From: Prasinococcaceae sp. CCMP 1430
Lineage: Eukaryota; Plantae; Prasinodermophyta
DNA length: 32,870 nt
Reading direction: 5' to 3'
Assembly: GCA_013416795.1 (NCBI GenBank)
Contig: RQSC01000626.1
Span: forward strand, 1 to 32,870
Of the stretch, positions 22,996 through 32,345 are shown piece after piece. The translations under genes and the position numbers were made by a program. The notes beneath the pieces were generated by a model. That model saw only the letters and a program-made list of their open reading frames with translations. It was not told the origin of the DNA and ran no database searches. Positions within the stretch are counted from its first letter, which is position 1, and each line of letters starts with the position of its first letter.

Positions 22996-23088
22996 GGTGT
23001 CCTCACGGGGTGCTGGGCAGGGCATGAGGTAGTAGTGCACAACTTAGAAATACATACAGTGCGCGCCCCCGAGAGAGCTCGCAGTCGC

Positions 23089-24740
23089 TCAGCGACGGAC
23101 TCGCATGGGCTTGCGCCTGCGTGGCTTGCCACGCGCGGCCGCCTTGCCTGCGCCCCCGCGTGCCCTCCTGTCGACAACCTTGCCGCCAACCACGTCGTGA
23201 CCGTCCGCGCGCAGGCGCTCGAGCAACTCGTCGGCGTACGCCTCGCGTCGTGCGGGGCAATCCTCGGAATCCTCCTCGCCATCGTCGTCGCCCGCCGTCC
23301 CATCCTCCCGTGCGACAACGTCCGACTCGATGATCGGTGCATTCTCCAGCGCCTGATGCACACAAGCACACGCACGGGGAGCAATGCGGCAGGAGAAGAT
23401 GCGCAGAGGCTGCCGTTGTCAGCACTATGCGCGGCGCACCATGAGCGCATTCCGACGGCGAGTCGATACGCACGCACAAGCCAAGCCAGCGCGCGCGCGC
23501 GCGCCAGCCTGACCTCGAGCAGGTCTCCGTAGTCTTGCGCCGATGGCCTCAGTCGCCTCTCGGCCATCTCGTCGAGGAGCGCGACCGCGTCACTCCAGCG
23601 CCGCGCAGCGCCGCACGCCTGCAGCAGCCTCCGGAAGGTCATCGCGTTGGGAGCGACGCCCGCCGCGTTCATCGCATCGATGAGGCGCGCGGCCTCCGTT
23701 GCGTCGGCGGCGGCCTCGCCTCGCGTCGGCGGGCGAGCCTCCTCCCCCGCGCCGCGCACGCGCGATAGCAGCGACAGCAGCGCATTGAAGGTGCGCACGC
23801 CGGGCGCCAGCCTCGCCTCGCCCACCATCTCGGCGAGCACGCGCGCCGCGCCCGCGCGGTCGCCGCACGCCGCGCGCTGGGCGATGAGAGTGTTGTACGT
23901 CGCCTCGTCGGGGCGCACGCCCGCCTCGCGCATCTCGTGCAGGACTGACTCCACAGCCTCGCGCAGGCGCTCTTGCTGCTCGCCACCGCCGTCGCTCACT
24001 TGCCCGAGGTCTCCGCGCGCTTCGCGCCCGCGGGCGCTCAGCAGCGCGTTGAAGAACACGGCGTCGCACTCGGCCGAGCGCACACCGTTCGCCTCCATGG
24101 AGGCGCGCACGCGCGACACGTCCCCCGGCGCGTCGCAGCCGCCGAGCAACGCAGTGAATGATCGCGCGTCCGGACGTGCTCCAAAGACAACCGCGCCGCG
24201 CTCGACCGCGTCGAGCGCCCCGTCGAGGTCGCCGTGGGCACAGAGCGCCTCCGCGGCAGCAGCGTGCGGCGCGGCATGCGCGAGCGCTCCGCCGGCCTCC
24301 GCGCCAGCCGCGCGCAGCGCGTCCAGCGCGCGCACCACGCCCGCGCGGTCGTGCGCACGTCGGAGCACAGCGGTTGCCATGGCTTCGCATGGCACCACAC
24401 CCGCGCCGGCCATCGTCGCGAGCAGCCCCTCAGTCGGGTTGGCGCCGTCGCCGGCCCCGCGCAACTTTGACGCGGCCGCTGCAAAGTGTGCGCTCTGCGG
24501 CGACACGCCAGCGGCCTCCCACGGCGGTTCGTCCATGCCGAGCATGTGCGCCGCCTGCCACGCGCGCGCCCGCAATAGCACACGCAGCAACGCCTCGGAC
24601 GTCCATTCGAGGGGAGCGCGCCGCGCGGAGGCGCCGGCACTCGTGGACTCATCCGTGACGTCGCGCAGGACCCCCTCGAGCTGCGTGGGCGTGCTCGTGC
24701 GCGCGAGCCTCCGGCTGAGCGCGTTGGCCGCGCGCAGCAC
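23089..24740 (-). CDS. P-type pentatricopeptide-repeat protein; intron 23513-23353; 5' end probably in the gap
   Basis: About 35-aa repeats: PDARSFTALL, DAVFFNALL, EMREAGVRPDEATYNTLI, PGVRTFNALL, GVAPNAMTFRRLL, EMAERRLRPSAQDYGDLL; the spliced last exon ends KPMRVRR* at 23089. Confidence 0.88.
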
Positions 24741-24786
24741 CCCCGGCGGCGGCGGCGGCGCGCGTCCGCGCGCTCGGGCGCGCTCG

Positions 24787-24939
24787 NNNNNNNNNNNNNN
24801 NNNNNNNNNNNNNNNNNNNNNNNNNNNNNNNNNNNNNNNNNNNNNNNNNNNNNNNNNNNNNNNNNNNNNNNNNNNNNNNNNNNNNNNNNNNNNNNNNNNN
24901 NNNNNNNNNNNNNNNNNNNNNNNNNNNNNNNNNNNNNNN
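24787..24939. other. Assembly gap at the divergent PPR/ABA4 promoter
   Basis: Run of N flanked by CG repeats. Confidence 0.97.
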
Positions 24940-25778
24940 GCCGCGGCGCGCGCGCGCGCGCGCCGACGCGCTCGTCGACGGCGTGTTCACCGCGGCCAAC
25001 GCCGCGTGCTTCCCGCTGTGGCTCGGCATGATCGGCGCCCCGGGGAACAGGTAAGGACCCCCCGCCACGCGCTCACACGCACAGGCGACGCTCCGCTGAC
25101 GCATGTCGCTCCCCGCATCCCCTCCCACCGCGTCCTGCGCCAGCGTGGTGCGCCGCGTTGTCGCGTCGCCATATTCGGTGGCCCCCTTTGGCGCTGCGTA
25201 CGCGGCGCTGCTCCTGCCGGCACTCTCCGACCCGGCGGCGCTGGACGGCTTCAGCAACAGCGCAACCGTCGCCGGCGTGGCACAGGCGCTCGGGTCGCCG
25301 ACGGGCGCGGCGGTCGGCTGGGTGCACTTCATCGCCCAGGACTTCTTCGTAGGCCGATACGTATACCTCGACGGGCTGCGGCACGACGTGTTCTCTCGGC
25401 ACTCGCTGCTGCTGTGCTTCCTCTTCGGGCCGCTCGGGTGAGTATTGCGGCGCACGCATGCGCGCGCGCTCCGACACCAAGCGTTCATGTCATGCATGTG
25501 CTTGCACACACACACGCACGCGCGCGCGCGCGCGAGCTTCAGCGCTGTCACATTGCAGACGCACCGGAGCGAGTCCTCTTGTGCCGTTCGCTGACCGGCC
25601 GCTGCTGCTCGCCTCGCGTGGCTTCCGGCGCTGTCGCGGCAACATCCCACCCGCCAGCGTGCTCTCGCACTTGGCAACGCGCGCGGCCACGGCTGCCGTG
25701 AGGGGAGACGCCCTCTACGAGGACGCGATGGCGCCCGCCGCGCGCGAGGGCGGCGGTGCTGACGGCGACGCTCGTTAA
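24940..25778 (+). CDS. ABA4: ABA4/DUF4281 neoxanthin-biosynthesis membrane protein, 5'-partial; introns 25051-25143 and 25438-25657
   Basis: LWLGMIGAP; GWVHFIAQDFFVGRYVYLDG; HSLLLCFLFGPLG|VLSHL correspond to the W.H.L..DLF.GR and HSL.LC..F.P.G.LSH motifs. Confidence 0.87.
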
Positions 25779-25827
25779 CGGCGAGTTTGATTAGAGATCG
25801 CAAGCACGCGCGCGCGACCGCGCGAGC

Positions 25828-27240
25828 TCACAAGATGTTGAGCGCCTGCATGCCCACCGTCGACAGCATCACCATCGCGCCTCCCACGCAGAGCGCGGCG
25901 GCGACGGGCGCGCGGCAGGTGAACACGCCTTGCATCTCGCAGCTCTGGCTGAGCAGCAGCATCGCCGGAAGGATGAGGATGACGTACACGCCCGCCGTGG
26001 CGCCAACGATGTCGAAGACGGCACCCAGGTTCGTAACCACGAGCGCCACCGCGTAGGTGAGGCCAAAGAAGGCCGTGGTGATGCTGCAGCGCAGTGCGAG
26101 CGAGGGCTCTTCCCCGGCACGGCCGCGCGTGGCGAGCACCAGGTCGCACAGCGCCGAGCGCGCGCAGAAGCAGTTCACCGGATAGCTCACGATCATATTG
26201 AGGCCCACCACGGCCCGTGCGACCTTGGCCAGCTGGTCAGCGCTCGAGTAGCTGTCGAGGATGTTGCTCTTCACCGCGCCGGCCGCATCTCCAAAAGTGA
26301 GGTAGCCCAGCACCCCCATCGCGACGTACAGTGCGGAGCACATGCCGCTCGCCACAGCCACGAACCTGGCCATGCGCGCCTCGCGCGCCGACCAGCGCGC
26401 GACGCGCGCGACGTGCAGCCCGCGCAGCGTCGTGAGCTCCGCTGCGAGCCCGCCATGTCCAGCCACGCCCGTGATGTCGGCCGGCGGCGAGCTGAGCGGC
26501 AGCACATCCCCGCCCGTCGACGCGCCAGCGCCGTTGTCGCTGTCGTTGGCGCCCACGTGACCCAGCTCGTAGAGGATGGGCACCACCTGGATGTGGGACT
26601 GGTACGCGAGGAGCGCGATGGGCAGCGCATTGAGCGGCGAGGTCTGCGCGTCCAGCCAGTCGGTGAGGTGCACCCACGAGATGTTCGAGCTCTCCGCAGG
26701 CGGATGGGCGCCCCCGAACGCGCGCGCGGCCACCACGCCAAGGATGAAGAGAGCCGCGGCGATCGTGCCGGCGCTCACGCGCTCGAGGCTGGAGAGGCTC
26801 CTGAGCAGGCACAGCGGGTAGACGAGGCCCCATCCAACCACCGAGAGCCCAATGCGCCGCAGCGTGACGTCCGTCTCGTGGGGCAGTGCGAGCGCGAGCG
26901 GCACCTCGAGCGAGTCGGATAGGATGATGAGGTACGAGCAGCATGCGCCGAAGATGTAGAGCGTCACGACGACGGAGGTGACCAGCGCCCAACGTCGCCC
27001 CAGCGCGCGCGACACGAGCTCCTGTAGCGTACGCGCGTCGTGCACGTTGCCGGCGCGCACCAGTACGAGCAGCGTGAACGTCGTCGTCACCCACGCCGTC
27101 GCCGACACGCCCAGAGCCACGCCGAGGCCTGCCGCGCGGTACGCCCACGGGAAGCACAGCATGCCCGAGCCGACGGCCGAGTTCACGAGGTTGAACACCG
27201 AGCCCGAGGCGGTGCCAGAGCGCGCGTCGGGTGGCTCCAG
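25828..27240 (-). CDS. Amino-acid transporter (Aa_trans, AVT6/SLC38-like); start not visible
   Basis: [58 protein letters not shown] motifs; about 11 hydrophobic segments. Confidence 0.92.
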   Translation of the reverse strand: MEPPDARSGTASGSVFNLVNSAVGSGMLCFPWAYRAAGLGVALGVSATAWVTTTFTLLVLVRAGNVHDARTLQELVSRALGRRWALVTSVVVTLYIFGACCSYLIILSDSLEVPLALALPHETDVTLRRIGLSVVGWGLVYPLCLLRSLSSLERVSAGTIAAALFILGVVAARAFGGAHPPAESSNISWVHLTDWLDAQTSPLNALPIALLAYQSHIQVVPILYELGHVGANDSDNGAGASTGGDVLPLSSPPADITGVAGHGGLAAELTTLRGLHVARVARWSAREARMARFVAVASGMCSALYVAMGVLGYLTFGDAAGAVKSNILDSYSSADQLAKVARAVVGLNMIVSYPVNCFCARSALCDLVLATRGRAGEEPSLALRCSITTAFFGLTYAVALVVTNLGAVFDIVGATAGVYVILILPAMLLLSQSCEMQGVFTCRAPVAAALCVGGAMVMLSTVGMQALNIL

Positions 27241-27264
27241 CCGCGAGAGCAGGCTCGCGCGCGC

Positions 27265-28103
27265 CGACGACGTGGCGGGGTGTGCCCTCGGTGGACGGCA
27301 AGGCGCTGGGAGACGTGGTGTATGAGAAGAGCCCCGAGGGCATCGCGCGGATGACCATCAACCGACCGGAGCGCCGCAACGCGTTCCGCCCGCGCACGAT
27401 TAAGGAGCTCGCGCTGTGTATGACCGACGCGCGCGACGACGCCGCGGTGGGGGTCATCGTACTCACGGGCGCGGGTACAGAGGCCTTCTGCTCGGGCGGC
27501 GACCAGGCGGTGCGCGGTGATGGCGGCTACATCGAGGACGGCAGCGGCACCGCGCGCCTCAACGTGCTCGACCTGCAGGTGCAGATCCGCCGCATGCCCA
27601 AGCCGGTCGTGTGCGCGGTGGCGGGGTACGCTGTCGGCGGCGGTCACATCCTGCACATGGTGTGTGACCTCACCATCGCAGCAGACAACGCCGTGTTCGG
27701 GCAGACGGGGCCCAAGGTGGGCTCGTTCGACGCGGGATATGGCTCGTCGCAGATGGCGCGCATCGTCGGCCAGAAGAAGGCGCGCGAGATGTGGTTCCTC
27801 GCGCGGCTATATTCGGCACAGGAGGCGCTGCAGATGGGACTGGTGAATACGGTAGTGCCGCTCGCCGAGCTCGAGGCTGAGACGCTGCAGTGGTGCCGCG
27901 AAATGCTCGCAAATTCGCCGACAGCGCTGCGGGTGCTCAAGGCCGCGCTCAACGCCGCCGACGACGGCCACGCGGGCCTGCAGGAGCTTGGCGGCAACGC
28001 CACGCTCCTCTTCTACGGCTCGGCCGAGGGCAACGAAGGCAGGGAAGCCTTCATGGCGAAGCGCAAGCCCGAATGGGACAAGGTCACCACGCGCAAGCCC
28101 TAG
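27265..28103 (+). CDS. MENB: 1,4-dihydroxy-2-naphthoyl-CoA synthase (phylloquinone pathway), plant-type, 5'-partial
   Basis: [79 protein letters not shown]. Confidence 0.96.
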
Positions 28104-28238
28104 CCAGCCAGCCAGGGAGGGGTTGCTAGTTGCGACGCAGCGAGGAGTGGCGCAGGGGCCGAAGCGCCACGTCGCCGCGCCGTGCTCCTTCTGGCGCTGC
28201 CGTCACGCATGTATTAAATGAAAAAGATGGGCACGTGC

Positions 28239-28445
28239 TCAGTACCCCTTTTGCCCGCGGATGCGCTTGCGCATGTCGACCTTCTGCCGGTTGCACTCAG
28301 CCATGAACGTGCGCAGCGACTTGCACTCGTCGGGGATGTCCGCCGCGCCCGCGCACTCCTTGAACGTGCCGCCCTTCTTCACGCACTCGGTCTTGGCGAG
28401 GCACTCCACGAGGTTCTGCGCCACGCCTTCGCACGACTTCCCCAT
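28239..28445 (-). CDS. COA5: Cytochrome c oxidase assembly factor COA5/PET191 (twin CX9C), 68 aa
   Basis: MGKSCEGVAQNLVECL..T.C...FKEC...EC..LR.....C.R.KVDMRKRIRGQKGY. Confidence 0.9.
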   Translation of the reverse strand: MGKSCEGVAQNLVECLAKTECVKKGGTFKECAGAADIPDECKSLRTFMAECNRQKVDMRKRIRGQKGY

Positions 28446-28662
28446 GCTGCGTGCGTGGGTCGGCCGGCCAGCCGGCCGACCAGCCCACCGGCGACCGGCC
28501 TCGACGGCGGCGCTCCGTCCAGATGCGCGCTCACCGCTCGCCGGCCCCACCCCGCCAACCGCCGTCGCGGCCGGTCACGCAACCTTCCCCCCCACACGCC
28601 CACACACCACCCACACACTCTCTCCACGCTCGCGAGCGCTCACACACGCGCGCGCGGACCCG

Positions 28663-28742
28663 CGCCGCCGCCTCCGCCTCCGTCTCCTCCACCTCCTCCG
28701 CCTCCTCCTCCTCCGCCTCCTCCTCCTCCTCCGCCGCCGCCG
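28663..28742. repeat. Degenerate (CCT/CCG)n trinucleotide tract
   Basis: Direct reading. Confidence 0.85.
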
Positions 28743-28845
28743 CGCGCGCCCCGTGTGGCGGCGCCGCCCTCGCTCGCGCCGCCGCAGCAGGGCGCGCCTG
28801 CTCCGCCGCGGCTGCCGCGGCGCCCCGCACGCCGGAGCCGTCCCC

Positions 28846-28887
28846 AAACCCTAAATCCTAAATACTAACCCTTAACATAAAACCTCA
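28846..28887 (+). repeat. Degenerate telomere-like heptamer array in the COA5/RibB divergent promoter
   Basis: AAACCCT AAATCCT AAATACT AACCCTT AACATAA AACCTCA. Confidence 0.65.
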
Positions 28888-29023
28888 ACTTACCGATCCG
28901 AGGTCGCGGGGGTTTTCGGGGGGAGCGGCGCCGGCCGCCGCCTGGCCCCTCCGCGCGCGCGCGCAGCCGAGCCTCTTCTCCGCGGTTTATTATTCGTGTT
29001 TTGATGTTAGAATAACCGCTTGT

Positions 29024-29881
29024 ATGGGACGAAATGGGGGCGCTGCGCGAGTTCCTGCGTGTGTGGCTGCAGCGGGTGCGCTGCGCTGCGCTGGGCTGNC
29101 GCTCGACCGCCCGGCGGTGGTGCGCCCGGCAGCGGCGGGACGCGCCCGGCGGCACCGGGGCGGCGCATGCATGTGTGTGGCGGGCGCGGGCCCTGAGGTG
29201 GGCAGCGCGGACCTCAGCGTAGCGGCGGGGTCTACGGATGCGCCGCCGCCCGAGGGGTTCGCGACCGTCGAGGAGGCGCTCGCGGCGGTTGCGGCGGGCT
29301 CGTTCGCCGTGGTGGTCGACGACGAGAATCGGGAGAACGAGGGCGACCTGATCGGCGCGGCGGAGCGCATGACCCCCGAGGCGATGGCGTTCATGGTCCG
29401 CTACACTTCAGGCGTCATCTGCGTCGGCCTTCCCGGCGAGCGCTGCGACGCGCTGGAGCTGCCACTCATGGTGCCACCTGACGCGAACAGCGACGCGATG
29501 GCCACGGCCTTCACCGTGACGTGCGACCTCGCGGAGGGCACCACGACTGGCATCAGCGCGGCCGACCGCGCCGCCACGCTCCGTGCACTCGCAGACCCCG
29601 AGGTGTCGCCCGCCGCTTTCAACCGCCCCGGACACATATTCCCGCTGCGCGCGCGGCCCGGCGGCGTGCTGGTGCGGCCGGGCCACACAGAGGCCGCCGT
29701 CGACATGTCGCGCCTCGCCGGCTGCGCGCCCGCGGGCGTGCTGTGCGAGCTCGTGAACGACGACGGCACCATGCAGCGGCTCCCCGACCTCAAGCGCTTC
29801 GCCGCGGAGCATGACCTCCCCCTGGTCAGCATTGAGCAGCTCGCTGCGCACAGGGCTGCTTATGACGTCGAGTCCTTCTGA
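29024..29881 (+). CDS. ribB: Standalone 3,4-dihydroxy-2-butanone-4-phosphate synthase with transit-like extension; start uncertain (N at 29099)
   Basis: [69 protein letters not shown]; stop directly after the domain. Confidence 0.95.
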   Translation: MGRNGGAARVPACVAAAGALRCAGLXLDRPAVVRPAAAGRARRHRGGACMCVAGAGPEVGSADLSVAAGSTDAPPPEGFATVEEALAAVAAGSFAVVVDDENRENEGDLIGAAERMTPEAMAFMVRYTSGVICVGLPGERCDALELPLMVPPDANSDAMATAFTVTCDLAEGTTTGISAADRAATLRALADPEVSPAAFNRPGHIFPLRARPGGVLVRPGHTEAAVDMSRLAGCAPAGVLCELVNDDGTMQRLPDLKRFAAEHDLPLVSIEQLAAHRAAYDVESF

Positions 29882-30245
29882 GCGAGGGGGTGAGCCGCCG
29901 CCCCTCGCGCCGCGACGCCGGCGGCCGAGGACGCACGCGGCAAGCTAAACGGGCGCAGGACTGGGTGCGGGCGCGTGAGCCGCGGCGAGCGCGCAACCCA
30001 GGGCCACGCGCGCGCAGCAGCCTCGTCGACGGCGCAGTTTGTACAGCCTACGCTTCCTGTACAGCTAGCGCTTCCTTTTTTAATATGTGCCGCCCTGTAT
30101 GGCGGCCTGTTGCTGTGTGTCACAAGGCCAGCTGCGCTTCGCGGCATGCGCCGTTTTGGCGAGTAGGAACCTGGGTGTACAAGTATTAGGCACGTATGCG
30201 TTATTAGGTGCCGACCGCGCCGCGCGGCCGAGTCTCTGCCATCGG

Positions 30246-31722
30246 TCAGGCCTCGATGTCGGCGGTGGTCGCGGCAGCGAGGTCGAAGTAATGGCCCAAG
30301 CCGAAGCCGCTGAGGAAGTCGCGCACCTCCTGCGCCGTCTCCTTCTCCTCGACGTTGAAGTGCTTGAAAGTGTTCCCAGGCACCACGCCCTCCCACACCA
30401 GCTTGCACCAGTTGGGGCCGACCTTCTTCCTGGGCTTTTGTTCCCCCTCCTCCTGCTGCTGCTCGCCCTCATTGTCGTCGCTGTCCTCGTCCTCCCCCTC
30501 GGCCGCCCAGTCAATGCGGCGACTCATGAGCTTGCCGTAGCGACGCACGGCACGCGGCACACCTTCAACCACGACCATCGCCACGTCATCGTTCACCAAC
30601 GCGCAGCCAGTGAGCTGGTTCTGCCGCGCGTTGATGGACACTTTGTACCGATTCTTGCCGCCGTTCAGGTGGCACAGGCGGTAGACGCTGGCCATGACCT
30701 CCGTGCGCTCCTCCGGTCGGCCCAACAGCTTGCGCTCGGTCTTTGCGCGGCGCTCGGCCGGCGTGAGCTTCATCGCGAGGTTGTGATCGATGTGTGCCTG
30801 CTGGCGCTCCGCCATCTGGCGGCGCACCTCGGCCTCAACGGCCGTGGGGTCGTGGATCGCGCTGCTGTCCTGGGCGGTGCCCAGCACACGCATGAGGTTG
30901 GATATTTTCAGCTTGGGTTTTGGCGGCTCCATCAGCCCCGCCGCGATGAGCTCCTGCTTCTCCTTCTCGCGCGCCTGCCGTTGCTGCTTGCGCAGTTTTT
31001 TGCGCTCCTTCTCGGTGAGCTTGAGGGGCTGCGGGCCGGGCGCAGCGCGCTCGTGCTCTGGCTCGATGGGGATGGGGTGCTCGACGTACTGCGTGACAGA
31101 CTTGAGGAGGAGGGCCGCCGCCGCTCGTTTCGCATCGGAGTCGGCGGTGGGATCGGCTCTCCCGGCGCAGAGGGAGGCGCGCTCGGCCTTGGGCAGGCCC
31201 GCCAGGATGGTGACGTCCCACCACTCGACGTCGGGCACCCTCGCGGCTTCGCGCATGAGCTCCTCGTGCGGGGAAAGCCGCTGCTGTGTTTGCTGCTGCT
31301 GCTGCTGCTGGTCCTCCTGGTCGCCCTCGCCGCGGCCCTCGGGATCCTGGGGCGCGGCGCCACCGGCGTCTACGATCCTCCGACGCGAGCCCGCGGCGCC
31401 GCCGTACTGGGTGCGCCGGCGGTCATTCTCCGCCTTCTTCGCAAGAGTGCCCGCCTCCACAAAGACGAATTCGCGCCGCTTGCGCAAGCGCCCTGCCGAG
31501 GGCAGCGACGGGTCGAAGAAGTCGATCTCGGCGTTTTGGCCCTCTCTCTGGGCGGGAGGCGGCGGCCTTGCTTTGTCAGGAGCGGGGGCGGCCGCGCGCG
31601 CGCGCTTGGCGGCGGCCTCGCTGTCGCCGTCGCCGTCGCGCTTGCGCTTGGCGGGCGCGCCGTCGGCTGGCGCGGCGGCAGCGGCGCCTGCGGCCTTCTT
31701 AGCCTTGAGCGCGGCGAGCTTG
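30246..31722 (-). CDS. PRP3: U4/U6 snRNP protein Prp3; native start not visible
   Basis: PDVEWWD, ITxYVEHP-like VTQYVEHPIPIEP, LTEKERKKLRKQQR..REKEKQE.I..GLMEPPKPKLKISNLMRVLG, DPTAVEAEVRRQMAERQQAH, N.YKVSINARQNQLTG, W.G...F..F C-terminal domain. Confidence 0.95.
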
Positions 31723-31979
31723 CCCCGGTTTACCCGCATGATCTCTGCCCGTTCCTTGGGATAGCCGGCGCCACCTTCGCTTTCGAAGATCTTGCGATAG
31801 CAGTCTTGCAGGTTCAGTTCTGCCGCCCAGCCAAATCCCTTGGCATAGGGCATGGCAATCGCGTTGCCGTCATTGATCTGGCTGAACAGAAAGGCGTCGG
31901 TCGGATCGATGATCAGGCCGCAGAATACGCCCGGCATCGCGTTGCACGCCAGCATCGATCCCGTCCCGGTGCCGCACCC
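31723..31979 (-). other. Bacterial gene fragment: RpiB/LacA/LacB-family sugar-phosphate isomerase (DhuI-like subgroup), in frame with PRP3
   Basis: GCGTGTGSMLACNAMPGVFCGLIIDPTDAFLFSQINDGNAIAMPYAKGFGWAAELNL..YRKIF..EGG.GYPKERAE; CGTG catalytic motif and the N.GNA..P.AKGFGW.AELNL and GYP.ERA motifs of this subgroup. Confidence 0.88.
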
Positions 31980-32099
31980 AGGCCCGCGGCGCGCGCAACG
32001 GGGGGGGGAAGATCGTCACGCTCGGGCGTCGCCTTTCCTCCCCGCCCCTCGGGGCGAGCGCCGCCGCCGCTGCGCGCACCACCTGTGGTGCCGCCGGGG

Positions 32100-32345
32100 C
32101 AGCCGCACGCACACGCGCAAAAAAAAAAGTGGGCCAAATAATGCCCCAAAAATACCCCCCAAATTCAACATAAAATCATTGGTATCGCGCGCGCGCGCCT
32201 CCGGCGATGGCAGCACGGGGTCACGCATGCATCGCACCGCCCCAAAGGTCAGCGGACGTGCACAGCGCTCGAAATATGAACCCTTTATGTGTCATTATCA
32301 TACATTTGAATTTGGTGGCGTTTTGACCCTAACCTCAACCCAAAC
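32100..32345. promoter_or_regulatory. AT-rich promoter island upstream of PRP3
   Basis: A/T-rich stretch with TGGGCC (site II-like) near 32120 and GCGTTTTGACC at 32318-32328. Confidence 0.5.

Noticed and set aside
22158-24740. The 860-aa track ORF as direct proof of a PPR-YqgF fusion
   Set aside because: It reads through an intron, a 3' UTR-like tract and a gap; the spliced PPR frame stops at 23089. Kept only as a testable alternative
28218-28868. Polyproline ORF on the + strand
   Set aside because: Product of a (CCT/CCG)n tract and antisense to COA5
27231-29881. MenB and RibB as a bacterial operon or contaminant contig
   Set aside because: MenB is plant-type, the two are separated by eukaryote-specific COA5, and they share the host promoter motifs and composition
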